DNA of 64,000 bases from Chrysomallon squamiferum (GCA_012295275.1 CM022675.1:4092001-4156000), one strand, 5' to 3'. Counted from the first letter of the stretch, positions 39,948-54,485 are shown. Notes: a model not told the origin generated them from the letters alone. Program-made: numbers and translations.

Positions 39948-40343
39948 CGATCTATAGAGTATTAAAATATTCGTTTGAATGTTTGAATGGACGATATTAA
40001 AATAATATACTGGAAAATTACGGCTCTGAAAGATGTAATTATAGTAAATATTTTTGTTTTTTTTTTTTTTTTTTTTTTTTTTCTACTCTCAGATGGTTTC
40101 TAAATCCAGACAGCAGCAATCTGCAAGCTAGAATATGACAATGACGTGCATGAACTGTTGCACAAGTTAACAATGCGTCATATGTGTGCGTCTCCTTAAC
40201 TTCAGTAAAATTGCCTGAGAAAAAAGTGACGACGGCTTGTATGACGTACTCTTCAACAGCCGTCCCCATATCAACTTACTTATTTATTTATTTATTTTAT
40301 ATTGTTTGTTTTGTTTTCTGTTGAAAACTTAATAAATAAATAA

Positions 40344-40350
<7 letters not shown>

Positions 40351-40374
<24 letters not shown>

Positions 40375-40536
40375 CACTCATATACCTACTTGTAGACAGG
40401 GAATAATAAAACATTATTAACAACAGTAATACAAGTTAATAAATAAATAAATAAATAAATAAATAAAATATTGTTAATAATGTTTTATTATTCCCTGTCT
40501 ACGAGTAGGTATGTGAGTGTATACATACATACATAT

Positions 40537-40541
<5 letters not shown>
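40351..40541. repeat. Short inverted repeat (~50 bp unique arms plus TATG/CATA tails, 47 bp loop)
   Basis: TACACTCATATACCTACTTGTAGACAGGGAATAATAAAACATTATTAACAA pairs with TTGTTAATAATGTTTTATTATTCCCTGTCTACGAGTAGGTATGTGAGTGTA with 2 mismatches. Confidence 0.9.
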
Positions 40542-40593
<52 letters not shown>

Positions 40594-40927
40594 CATATAT
40601 ATAGTAATAATAGTTGGTTATTTATTTATTTATTAACTTTTATTACTGTTGCATTATTATGTTGCGGGGTTTTATTCTGTATTTTTTATTATAATTTTAT
40701 TTTATGCTATAATGATTAACATATATAATAATGTACTTATTCGCATACAGATACGTGTTCAAGTATGTATTGCATTAAAAAGAAAAAAAAGAAAGAAAGA
40801 AGAAAGAAAAAAAAAAAAAAAAAAAAGAAGAAAACGATTCACAGAACTCTTTTCATATAAAAATAACAATTTTTAATATTTAAAACAGAAAACGAATAAT
40901 AATATTATTATATTACTACTACTACTG

Positions 40928-40965
<38 letters not shown>

Positions 40966-41093
40966 TACTACTACTACGAGTACTACTACTACTACTATTG
41001 TTGTTATTTATTACTACTACTACTACTACTACTACTATTATTATTGTTGTTATTTATTACTACTACTACTACTACTACGAGTACTACTACTGC

Positions 41094-41151
<58 letters not shown>

Positions 41152-41599
41152 TCTGTTTTCAACTTTTTTCACTACTTTACCTATCTAACAATTTACTTTT
41201 AGTGTTAAAATGACATACGTAATAGATACGTATGCAGTCGACATCACATTGTTTATGTATTTTTTAACAATGAGAAGTGCATTAAATTTGCATTAAGATC
41301 AAGTCCTTTAGCAAATGATATGGACATAAAATGTAGGCAACCGACAGCAAAAAGAAAAGAAAAAAAACTGAAAGGGTAGGAAATATATTACAATGAAAAC
41401 ATTCTTATCGTCTGCTGTGACAAAACGGAATAGTGCTAGCGTGGATGACGTAGATGGGGGGGGATTATACATGTACACTGCAGCTCTAAGACACGACTCA
41501 CATATTCGACAAAATCTTTTCCCATCCTTTGTAACTTATTTTTTATTTATACTTCTATATATTTTTTTTTTATTAAATGCAACGACCCCCAACTGATTT

Positions 41600-41720
41600 T
41601 GTCACTGAAGCCTCGCTATAGTGAATCACGCCCCCGGGTTTGTGGGATTATGTTTTTATGATCTATTTTTAGAGGGGTATATAAGACCCCGAACTCTTTA
41701 CAAAACAGTCGTCTGCTGGG
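41600..41720 (+). promoter_or_regulatory. Candidate promoter/enhancer: MEF2 + TATA
   Basis: TGAATCA, CACGCCC, canonical MEF2 CTATTTTTAG (41663), TATATAA (41678). Confidence 0.4.
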
Positions 41721-42174
41721 AACGAAAACAAAATAATTTGAACGCATCGAAAAAACGAGTGGGGAATTTTTGAAGAAAATATATAAAGTCAATAGCCGTT
41801 CGTTTTTTAAAAAATAAATTACTTTAAGGGAAGTCGTTTTTAAAACAAATAAATCGAATATTTTAGAAGAAAAAAAAGGACAAAAAAGAACAACAAACAA
41901 ACAAAAATTAATATTTTAATAATTACATGATTATTTGGGATGGGATAAACAACATGGCGGTTGAATTTGGTAGTGGCGTATGTTACAGAAATTAGATAGA
42001 AGTTCTGTTTAGGAAATTGGTTTTGTTTTCATCGAGTGAAACACTCCATCAAATAACAACTACAACAACAACGACAACAACAGTAACAGTGGCATTTTCA
42101 CTGGGCTACATTTGTCCATGGACCCGTGCAGTCTGTAACTGTCGTCAGTAACCTTGTGTTGTGTGTGTAGAGGT

Positions 42175-42235
<61 letters not shown>

Positions 42236-42598
42236 TTTAATAATAATAAAATAAAAAAATAAATAAAAATAATAATCATAATAATCATCATCATCATAGG
42301 TTCGTTAAAGATTATTTGAAAGTATTAATATGGTCTGCTTTTAATCTTTTTAATATCTAGGTGTTTTTGTTTATTTGTATCTGTTTTTTGTTTGTTATTT
42401 TCTTTCTTTCTTTCTTTTCTTTTTCTTTTCTTTTTTTTTTTTTCTTTTCCTATTATTGCTGTTTTTCTCTACCTTTCTTTCCCATTTACTCGAAAAGTTT
42501 CAAGCACATAATATTAGCGTGTATGTATAATAGTGTGTATGTATATTAGTGTGTATGTATATATATTAGTGTGTACGTATATTAGTGTGTATGTATAT

Positions 42599-42860
42599 CA
42601 GGATTGCCCACACGTTTTCAACTTGCGAGCTACTTTTAAAATGACCAGGTCAAAATGATCTACCCGTATTAAAAAATGCTAAATATATTTATTTACATAT
42701 GTACTGAATATACTTTATGTATATACACCATATGTTGGCGCACCTTTCATAACTGCATGAACCTTTACGGCACAATACAATTCAGTAAAAACGTGGTCAC
42801 TACCTTATTCATTACTTGCACTGAATAGCGCGCGACGTACCCGCCAAACTGAACACCCTG
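42599..42860. mobile_element. Putative non-autonomous hAT-type DNA transposon
   Basis: CAGG...CCTG termini flanked by an imperfect 8-bp duplication ATGTATAT / ATCAATAT (6/8); the left end resembles recalled hAT/Charlie MITE ends. Confidence 0.45.
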
Positions 42861-43039
42861 ATCAATATGAATACGAGAGGTAGCTAAGGAGAGTATGCAT
42901 GTATCTCTGCGTGTGTGTCTGTTTGCGTACCTTCAAATCTTGTTTTGTTTTTGTTCTAGATGTGGACATATCATAAGAAAATAATCAATTATTTCTTTTA
43001 TACTGCAATCCTAAATAAAAACAAAAATAAAACAGTCAT

Positions 43040-43097
<58 letters not shown>

Positions 43098-43379
43098 TAT
43101 TTTTACTTCAGATTAATGAAATTATCTTACTTTCATGGAACAAAAATTAAAGTTATTTTTCTGTATTTTTAATTTCTTAGTAAGTTTTACTTTTCTAAAA
43201 AATTCGGAGCTTCCAGTGAAATATTTCCCGTTAAAGTCAGAGCCTCAGAAAAATCATGGGAAGGTGCAAATAATTATTATCCGGGTTGAAGTCGCTTTAT
43301 TTCAAACTATTTTCTGTTTCCTTATTACCAGTCTTATATTTTTAAGATATGATGTGTGTGTGTGTGTGTTTGTATGTGC

Positions 43380-43422
<43 letters not shown>

Positions 43423-44559
43423 TGTGTGTATACATACATATATAAAATGTCTTAAAATTTACGATTTTTATTTCGTAAACAGAACATTTTTATGTTTCTT
43501 CCTGATACAGTTAATAAATAAATCAAATCAAATCAAATCAAATATATCAATTAGAATACAATAAAATCAAATTAAAAAAAAATAAATAAATAAAAAATAA
43601 ACAAATCTGAACATTAGTCATTATCGTCATCACCATCGTCATTTATTTATTTATTTATTTTATTTTATTTTTCATTTAGGACAAATAAGACTCAATCTAT
43701 ATATTTAATTTGCTTCAACTCAACAACTCTTCACAAGTTTCTCTTTAACTAGGTTATCGGCCGTTATTTGAAGCTTTCTTGTACAATAACAGAAGGAAAG
43801 ACAAGTAATATAACATAACTTTAACTGTTGTTAGCTGTCATCATAACTGTTTGTTGTGATAAAAAAAGTAAAAGAAAACTAACGTCATGCATTCTGTGGT
43901 ATTAAAGACATTGTTTAAAGAGATGTTGCATTCAAATTCAGTTTTCCTTTTACAATAAAAAAAATATAAATAAATAAAAAAAAAAAAAAAAAAAAAAACA
44001 CTTAAAAACCACACGAAAACAAACAAACAAAGTAAATATAAAAAAAACTTAACAAAGTAAAAAAAAAAAAAAAAAAAAACGTATCACGGCATTAATAAAC
44101 AGTACCTACATAGGCTGGAACGGGAAAGGTTTATACTCGAGTCCTATTAATTTTCCAACCACTAAACTACGACTATTTTATTACTCTCTATTTTCTATGT
44201 AAGGTGTTTCTATTTTCTGTTTACGTAAACAAAATGTTGTCCTCCTCAAGCAGTCTAACTATTTCCAAAGAAATCTCATCTGAAATGGCGACAATGGTAA
44301 CATCTTATTCACTGATTACGTTTTGTCTGCTTTTTAATGTTTTATACGTGAAGGGGGGAAGTGAGCTGAGTTTGTGAACAAACGTTATCGTCTGCTTTAT
44401 GAAATTCCGAGCAGTAGATATTGTTAGTAGTAGTGGTAGTAGCAGTAGTAGTGGTAGTAACAGAAGTTGAAGTAATAGTAGTAGTAGTAAATATTTGTGA
44501 TAATAAGTAAGATTAATAACTTATTGTTTCTCTTCCACTCATATATTGTGTGTCAATGT

Positions 44560-44629
<70 letters not shown>

Positions 44630-44773
44630 TGTGATATAGAAAGAACAGCATATTTATATTAATTAAGTTACGGTTCAAAATATTTTGTCATTAACTTAAT
44701 AACTATTACCATGATCAAGAGATTTTTTGTATTATTATAATTTTTATTTATTTATTTATTATTATTATTTTCA

Positions 44774-44837
<64 letters not shown>

Positions 44838-45442
44838 TTTTATTTATTTTGTATTAGTAATATCTTTGGAATGGTAGCATGGGTTCGCCATCTGAATCTA
44901 AGATTTATTTCATTTTTACGTCTGGAACAGCAGAAAAACCCAGTAAAAACTCGATTAGTAATTTATCAAGAAAAATCTGTAACTTTCCCAGATGAAATGG
45001 TTCGCATAAAATGTGATTCGCTCGCGAAAAAAAAAAAAAAAAAAAAAAAAAAATGAACCCAGACAAAGGGGAGATAATCGTGACTGAATTACTTCTTTCT
45101 CGTAGCAGACGACTTTTTCTTTTCGAGCGTCTATTGTAAACATTGAAAAGAAATCTAAATATCTTTTGGCGGGCGGTAGTTTTAATAGAAACTGTACGTT
45201 CACTTGCAGCTTGTCAGACAAAGCTGTATATTATTTCTTTAAAAATAACAATAATAATAAAAAGAAATGGAAGAAAATCTATTACGTCTGACCCGTTTTC
45301 ATGAATGTTCGCGAACCTTCTTAGGACTTGCGCAACATTAATGATTAAGTGAAATGAATTAAAAGCAGACAGAAAGCTTGTATTAAGTTACCATATGTCT
45401 AATGTAACAACAACAACAACAATAATAATAGTAATAAAAAAA

Positions 45443-45504
<62 letters not shown>

Positions 45505-46232
45505 CGATGCTAAAAAAATAAATGAAGAAAGAAAGAAAGAAAACGAAAAAGAAAAAGAAGAAAAGAAAGCTACTGTTATTTTTTGTTTTCATCCAACAGT
45601 ATATTTCCATTCGTATCTTTATGTAGTACGTCTTTATTTTCTTTTTAAAAAAACAAAAACAAAAAAACAAACAAAAATACCCCAGTAAAACCCCATTCGT
45701 TCGGCCATCCATCAGATATTTAAACTATATTTCAGTCAGCCCATTGGAACATTCTTTATCACTGTCTTATATTAATTTTATTTATTTCCCTCGTATCAAA
45801 AGTTCAGCACAAATTGCGGTCGACAGTAATTCATAGATGTACGAGTAAGTGACCTTTGACCCGCCAAATACCAGTAATCAATAAGCATTTTATTTTCGCA
45901 GCAATATCGCAAAGCGGAACCTTCCTTTGATTACTGAACATTTGCAAATTAAAGCTTTTAGTATAGTAGATACAGTGTATGTCCGTACAGCTGAATGTTC
46001 GGGTTGTATGTCTGTGATTAGATCGCAGACGCAAAGCGTGCTTCACATCAAGATCATTTCTTCTGACTGCGTTTATTAGACCATTTCCCGTTCTAGCTAT
46101 ATCCTCTAGATTATCTAATTCGTGTATGTTTTATATCCAGTTAAATACTTATATTCTTAAATACAGACGATTTAAATACTTCAAATTTATTTTTCTTAAA
46201 TTCGTTCTTTAATAAAGTTCAATAACAATATA

Positions 46233-46352
46233 CAGTGATACCTTGATTTACGAGTTTAATTCGTTCCGTGACCAAGCTCGTATCGCAATCTGCTCGTATA
46301 TCCAATCAATTTTCCGAATTGAAATTAACTGAAATACCATTAATCCGTTCCA
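46233..46352 (+). mobile_element. Truncated pogo/Tigger-like (Tc1-mariner) terminal fragment
   Basis: TA|CAGTGATACCTTGATTTACGAG start is typical of pogo/Tigger TIRs (TA target, CAGT..ACC.CG-like end); no matching right end seen. Confidence 0.6.
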
Positions 46353-46526
46353 TTAATTAGTAATTTATTTATTTATTTTATTTCATTTCATTTCATTTTA
46401 TTTTACTTTTACTTTTTTCCTCCAGAATACCGGAAAACAAAATTCTCGAATAAAATTATTAAGAGAACCAGTGAAGGCCTGAGTTATCTCTGAGTTATGG
46501 TAAATTATGACGTAACTGCTAGCGTG

Positions 46527-46599
<73 letters not shown>

Positions 46600-47557
46600 A
46601 TAACGATTTGTGATTTTATGTATATAGGTTTGCAACGTTTGCGTATATTTGCGTGTGTATGTACGTACGTATATGTGTGTGTATGTTTACGGGAAGATTC
46701 TTTTGAAAGATCATAATTTGCTATTCGAAAAAAAAGGAGAAAAAAAGAAATCACTTTCGACCTTTTTTTGCAAAAAAAAAAAATTAACACGTTGAGGCGG
46801 AGACTAGTCAATTTTGCTTGATTTGTTCTTTTATTTTTTTAATAATATTTTTTATTTTATTTATTTATTTTTTATTATTATTATTTTTGTTATGTTGTTG
46901 GTAACGTACAAGGATAGGATTATAAACAAGAAATAACTTCAACAACAACCTTTAAAATAAAACAGCGGCACGTCATTTCACGTCAGTCTCACAACGATGA
47001 CGTCATGAACTGTTTTCATTTACTAAAAAAAACGTTAACTCTGTCGCCGGCAGATATTGATTTGATGAACAGCAACCTTACCTGCTCTATGACGTCCGTC
47101 TCTCTGTAGACAGTAAAACGTCACTTCCTGTTCTCTCAAAATCTGAACGAGCCGAATTACTGGCGATTGTTCTAAAAATAGTCCGAAATTTACAAAGCTT
47201 TCACTGTAAAACGTAGCGATAACTGTAGATGTATTGGTCGTTATTAACAAGTCAATATGTGGACGATTAGGCGAGTTAGTTTGAAAAGACCATTCTTAGA
47301 TCGCTTGTTTATGTCGTCTGTTTGATTTTTCTTACTCTTGTTGATTGATTGGTGAGTTGCTCGGCTGGTATCGGGTTGCATGGTTCATTCTAGATGGCGA
47401 GTTGCTTGGTTGCACGTGTTTAACTGAATAGTTGGTTGAGAGGATGTTTAGATTTGGTTTGTTGAGTCATCGATCTCTTGTTGAGTGATTGATTCATTGT
47501 TTTTCCTGTCTCACAAACACACACACACACACACACACACTCTCTCACTCTGTCTTT

Positions 47558-47591
<34 letters not shown>

Positions 47592-48084
47592 CTCTCTCTC
47601 TCTCTCTATCTGTCTCTCTCTCTCTCTTCGTCTCTCTCTCTTTCAGTATTTTTTCTTCCATTTAGCATGTTTTATTTTATCAAAAATTCTAAAATAGAAA
47701 CACTTTCATTTCCTTTTCTGTTTCTTTCTTATTTGTATTTTTCTTCTCATTATTATTTTTTTCTTTTTTCTTTTTTAATTTTTTACGAAATTTCGAATCT
47801 TTATTCTTTCTTTTTTTCCCCCGTAAGAATCTATATTAATGGTTTTTATTCTGAACAGGAAAAATAAAAAAAATAAAAGCTATTTAAATCTAATATAAAA
47901 TGATCAATAAAAGTGTCTGTATGAATTGAGAAAATAATGATTTACGTGATAAAAGCCGCAGTTTTCTTCTTTTTCTTTCTTTGGCTCAGATTAATTTTAC
48001 CCGTAGATTTTAAAGTCTTAAACAATTTCCGACACTTACTGACATTAAATTGAAAGCATTCCACTTTTTTTATACTTTAGTTAT

Positions 48085-48158
<74 letters not shown>

Positions 48159-48299
48159 CGATGAGTTCATTTCTATGATAGGCTACTGGAAATAAAATAT
48201 TTATAAAACAGAAAATACTACGAAGAAACACGACATCTTAAGACACTGTGTTAATATAATTTATTTTTGCGTCAGTGTCAAAGTTATTATTTGTTTTAT

Positions 48300-48415
48300 T
48301 AAGAAAGGAAATATAAGCAGATCGTTAACAAGGATTTTCATAGACAGGAACTGTTACAACCAGAGTCTTTGATACATCAGTTGTGGAGCTCTACTTTGAA
48401 CGGGAAATCATTTAG
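48300..48415 (-). mobile_element. Degenerate SINE-like fragment
   Basis: CAGTTGTGGAGC..TTTGAACGGGAAAT, approximate reverse complement of TCGTTCGAACCACTGCTCCACGA at 58690. Confidence 0.4.
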
Positions 48416-49111
48416 ATGCTGCAGACGTTACAAGAAAAATAGAAAGACAGAAAGATAGAAAGAAACAAAGAAAGAATGAAGAAAAAAGAAAGAAAAAAAG
48501 GAAGAAGAAAGAAACAACGAAAGAAAGAAGAAAAAAGAAAGAAGAAATAAAAATGTCGAATAAAATTAAGTTGAAAGTGAAATAAAATTCAAAAAAAAAA
48601 AAAAAAAAAAAAAATAGAAAAGAAAAAAAAAGGACTATAAAAGTGAGTATCATTTGCGAAAAGCAGTGCATTATTTGACAAACCCATCTCGTCAACAACC
48701 AATTTTGTAATCATCATCTCTTACCAGTTCTTTACAAAACCAAAAAAAAAAATAAAATAAAATAAAAATAAAAATCATATAACTAAAAAATCTATTCAAA
48801 TAAAAACACATCGATTTTCAACACTTAGATTCACTGAAGAGCAATTTCCTGTATAACATTTATACTGAGACCGACAATGTCGCGATGCGAGTCTAAATTT
48901 AGAAGACGAGCAGACGAGATAACGAAAATGACAGCAAACTTCATCAAACGCTGTGACTGGCGCGAAGTTTGACATCTCGGAGTCCAGGCCAGGCGTCTGA
49001 ATAGCGCTTTATTGCAGTGAAAATTACGTCACGGCTAAAATGAACGGAAACTTTTTTTTTTCTTCGGTTAATAAAACATCGATCGTTAAATTGCAGTTTT
49101 TTCCGGATTTT

Positions 49112-49145
<34 letters not shown>

Positions 49146-49838
49146 CTGGTTTTAAGTTTTAAATTAGGGTTAGGAAGTGAAATCCTTCGATCTTAATTTT
49201 TTTTTTTTTTGTGAAGAAGATGAAGAATTACTACTAGAAGTGATGTGATATAAGATTGATTTTTCTTTTTTCTTTTTTTTTTTTTTTCTCTTTTTTTTTT
49301 TCTTATGAGAAGCTGACGAAAGCAAAATATTCCTTTTCCAGTTTGTGATTTTTATATTCTTTTCAGGATTTATAGTTGTAATAAATGTTAACATTCAAAA
49401 AAAAAAAAAAAAATAAAAAAAAAAAAATAATAATAATAATAATAATAAATGGCAGGCTTTTCATAAAACAAATATTAAGTCGTGAACTTAAGTGCGCGTG
49501 TGTTTGGGTATCTATGTATGTATGTGTCTGAGTAGTTATATATTTATGCACACAAATACACACGATACATACATGCCTTTATACACTCACATACACACAT
49601 GGATACATAAATACATACATAAATGCATCTATACATACACACAGACATATATATATGTGTGTGTGTGTTTGTTTTTATATGTATATAGATATATAGACAC
49701 ACACACATATGTACGAACGGAAAAACACACACGTGTAGGTAAAACGCTTGGTCTTTTAAAAAACTTGTTGTATTGTTTCTTAAATTTTGCTGAAGGTAAA
49801 AACCAGTTTATAAAGCAATTCATCAAAACGCACATACA

Positions 49839-49937
49839 CATACTGTCTACATACTGTCCACATATTGTCTACATACTGTCCACATATTGTCTACATACTG
49901 TCTACATATTGTCTACATATTGTCTACATACTATCTA
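49839..49937. repeat. 11-bp tandem repeat CATA(C/T)TGTC(T/C)A, ~9 copies
   Basis: Direct inspection. Confidence 0.9.
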
Positions 49938-50689
49938 TATAAGCCTATGCAGTTAGTATTACAGTACACAAAAATAGAGAAACATTGTTTTTTTTGGACT
50001 GTTTATAAGTCTATCATGGCCGTATTTAAAAGGTGTAAATCCGTGGAGCAAAAGGTAAAGAGTTCAAGTCTTTGTAGAGAACTTGGAATGCTTTTTCCCA
50101 TTACAACTGTTACTCGTTGTATTACATTATTAAGGAGTGGCTCTAGATAAACGGCTGGAACGGGCTAAAGTGATAGATCAGAGTGTTATTATTTCTAGAT
50201 AGAACAGTTTGACTCTATATTCCGTTCCAACTAGGGCTCAGTGTTTGAAGAAAGCTTGTGCAAATGATGTTGTCACTTGGAAATCTCATCAAGAAGATTT
50301 CCTGCTGATAAACGAGAACCTTGCTATGGCAACTCATGTTTTCAGTCTGCCGTTGGATATTTCATAATCAGTTTAACAGAAATGTGACATGACCAGATAA
50401 TTCTGCATGTAAATTTGTGAGTTTGTATACATGTAAACACTGGTTTGTGCTCCTGTAAAAAATTGTATATGGCTATAACTGTTTGGGTGTGTCTAATTTT
50501 GAATAAACATGTTCTTACACGTGTCTTTATTCCCAGAGAGGTAAGGACGTAAGGAAAACAATTCTTTTCGTATTTTTAGCAAATTCTCTTTCAGACAATC
50601 CCATTTGAACGCGATACAAACAATCAAACACACACTCAGTGGGCTTTGCTTGTTTTTCTTCTCAAAGTGAGCGTTAACACTTGGCGGTG

Positions 50690-50794
50690 GTTTTTAAACT
50701 TTAAACAGAAACATTCTAAATACGTGTCTGTTGTTTTCACAGTGCCATCTTCACACGTTCTTCTCTTTTGTGTGTCCATTGCCCATCCTTTCTG

Positions 50795-50871
<77 letters not shown>

Positions 50872-51138
50872 AGAAACGTCTGTACTTTATTGTTAAACAT
50901 TCGTAGTTTAAAACCGTTAGACTCAGGCTTAACTCGTCTGTCCGTGTGTACATGTGTCATGTATGTCTGTCTTTGAGTGTGTGTGTGTGAAATAGCCTGT
51001 GTGTGCGTGTGGACCTGCGTTTTAAACTTTAAACAGACGGATAATAAAATATTTGTTGTTTTCTCCAGTGCCATTTTCTTCACACGTTCTTATTTTTTTG
51101 TGTGTCCATTGCCCATCCTCTTCTGAAGAAACTCTCTG

Positions 51139-51176
<38 letters not shown>

Positions 51177-51280
51177 AAACGTCTGTACTTTATTGTTAAA
51201 CATTCGTAGTTTAAAACCGTTAGACTCAGGCTTAACTCGTCTGTCCGTGTGTACATGTGTGCATGTATGTACCTGTCTTT

Positions 51281-51326
<46 letters not shown>

Positions 51327-51330
51327 ATGT
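50690..51330. repeat. ~330-bp direct tandem duplication
   Basis: TTTTAAACTTTAAACAGA...GAAACGTCTGTACTTTATTGTTAAACATTCGTAGTTTAAAACCGTTAGACTCAGGC occurs twice; the near-identical ORFs 50636/51080 and 50751/51090 reflect this. Confidence 0.92.
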
Positions 51331-51753
51331 GTGTGGGCATGCATGTTTGTTTGTGATAGTGCGGTTCGAAAGAAACGAAGTAATTGAGAAAATTCACAAA
51401 TTTTTCATTTTAACTACCAGATGAGAACAAACACTTTTTTGTTGTACTATTTATTATCCAAAATTTTGAGAATATTGCGTGCATAATTCATAAAAACTGC
51501 ACACACACATGTTTGTTTTTAGTAACCGTGTTCAGTGTACCGTAATTCTATGACATCTCACTGTTTTAATATATAGGAAAGTGAATAAATAAATAAATAC
51601 AATAAATAAATAAATAAATAAATAAATAAAAGTGAAAATAATATATAAATATCACATCTGAAATATAATTAAGTACAAATAAAAAAAAAAAAAGGTTAGT
51701 GAGACCTATTTTGCATCTTAGTATCACTGACTGGTTTACTTCACTCTTTAAAA

Positions 51754-51806
<53 letters not shown>

Positions 51807-52747
51807 TAACTAAAGGAAAGAAAATATTTTCAAAGATATTAAAAAAAAAAAAAAAAATTTCATTTAAAACTATTTAGTCTCGGTCATTCTTTATCATTCA
51901 TACAGACTATTTTTACAGAGACTACAAATAATGTTGACACAGAATCTATAAAAGTGCAAAAACCGGTGTATCCGAAATTCTACAAAACAAAATGAGTTCA
52001 TATGTACAATCTAAAATTGATCTTTGAAGCTACCTACCATCGACCAAAATATATTTTGTATATTTCCAAATCAGCCTTTGGTAATAATAATTGTGACCAC
52101 TGTAAAATATATTTCGTATTTATCGTCACATTATTGAAAACTATTGTATTGTTATATTTCTTATTATAAAAATGCGTTAAAAGAAAACAAATAATTTCAT
52201 GAACGAATAAACAAACAAACAGGTAAACAGTCAAACAAAAAACAAACAAAACAAACAAACAAAAAGTAAGTAAATACATTCAGGACTTCGTTATTTTTTT
52301 ATATTACTTTTTTATTAGTAAAGATTAGGCGCCAGTTTCTAATGCAACATTGATTAAAGACATGTGATATGTATTCTATTTACACAGTGCACGAAAATTA
52401 CATTTTAATATTCTACAAATAAAGTCTAACATCTATTTAAAAATTTCTCGTTTCTTTTTTTTCTTCATAATGAAGTGTGTTAGTCTATTTCATCCTTTAA
52501 TAAATATAAAGTTTTTCTCGTTACTGATGCGATGACATAACGTAAAATAACTTAAACAGCGAATAAATCGCATAATAAAATTCTGTATGCTTCTGAGTAT
52601 CTGTTTTACTGCTGATAAGAAAGTATGAAAATAAAACGTTCGTGTGCAGTTATTTTATACTTCACAATTTACTGATGACGTCATCGCGTCTCCATAATAT
52701 TTTAATTGTGCTCTTTTGTTTCATTATTAATTAAAACTGGCGGTAAA

Positions 52748-52780
<33 letters not shown>

Positions 52781-53093
52781 AATAAATAAATATATAAATA
52801 AATTGGCAGAAGAATATTTAGAATTTTTTTCTTACGATCAAAGAGACGTTTTAAGTAAAATATTTCTTCTTTCTTTTTATTTTTATAGATGATGTCGGTC
52901 GTTGTGAATATTTGTCTGTATGATTAGAAGTTCAGCCCTTGGTTTGACAGATTTGATCAAACTACAAATGCATAGAACAGTGATATTCTGGTGAATTACA
53001 CAAAACAGGATAATAAAAACATACAAGATACATTTAGTATGTACATAGCAATCAGTAATAAAATAAAATAAATTATTTTAGACAATAATAATC

Positions 53094-53147
<54 letters not shown>

Positions 53148-53361
53148 TAAATAATTAATAGTAAATAAGTAAATAAATAAATAAATAAATAAAATAAAAT
53201 ATGGTGTTTTATGTTATATAACTTAGATCCGCCACTGGAAGCGTAAATTACATGAAACAGGTCAGTACTTAGTTAGTGTTTGGAACGTCACAACGAGGCG
53301 TGGAGGGCAGCGGGATCAATGCCACTAGCCAGCAGTTTATCAGTGTGTGTGTTTTCATTCT

Positions 53362-53503
<142 letters not shown>

Positions 53504-54159
53504 AAATAATAGAAGTTAAAATGGTTACACTAAATATTATTCTAAATTGTACAGCAGTTATCAGCGGTAGACACAATTTTTAAATTACAATGATCAAAAT
53601 GCTGACAATGAAATGAAATAAACGAGAGAACCAAAAAAATATATAAATATATTGCGTATACATATTTGTACAACAAATAATTATTTCGTTGGACAGCCGA
53701 TTTTTGTGAACGAGTGTAACCGATTGAAATTTTAAAATTGTTCATAGGTCCCATCTATGAATAAAAGAAAGTGTATACTATTCATTTTCACTATGTTTGT
53801 TTTACCTGGCATAGTAATGTTTGCTCATTATTTAAAAAGGCAGATTGTTCGTTTATCAGAAAACCAAACCCTGTTACCCAAACCGTCAATTGTTTTATTA
53901 TGCAGAGGATTTGTGACAACAGATCACAAAACTCTAGTTTGATAGTCATCTGCACAATCTGATAATGCAGTCTCACATTTGCATAGAAACGTAAATCGTA
54001 ATTAATTTTTCAGTTTGGACAAAAGAAATCACAAGAACAAGTGGCCTAATTTGAACAAATTCTTGAATTAAAAGCACGATTACTTCTAATGACGTAATAC
54101 ATACTCGACCCTCGGGACAGATATTTTTCTCCACTTTACAATGCAAAATCAAAATTCCA

Positions 54160-54485
54160 ATGACGTAATCAGTTCTTGTGTTCTTGTACATAAATTATCA
54201 CGTAATGTACTACTTATTTACAACACACATGTTTGATAACGTAATCAGTTATTGTGTTCTATTATGTTCTAGTACATAAATTATCACATTATTGTACCAG
54301 TTATTTACAATAAAATTAATATGCTTTATGACGTAAACAGTGTTTGTGTTCGCTACCTATTTACAGTAATATTATTAATGACGTAAACACTGTTTGTGTT
54401 CTAATACTTATCACATTGTTATACTACATAGCTATAAACAATAAATATTTCTCATGACGTAAGCAGTTCTTGTCTTCTAGTCTTG
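54160..54485. repeat. Degenerate tandem repeat with ATGACGTAA heads
   Basis: About 5 units of ATGACGTAA.CAGT..TTGTGTTC...TTATCAC...TATTTACA. Confidence 0.75.
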
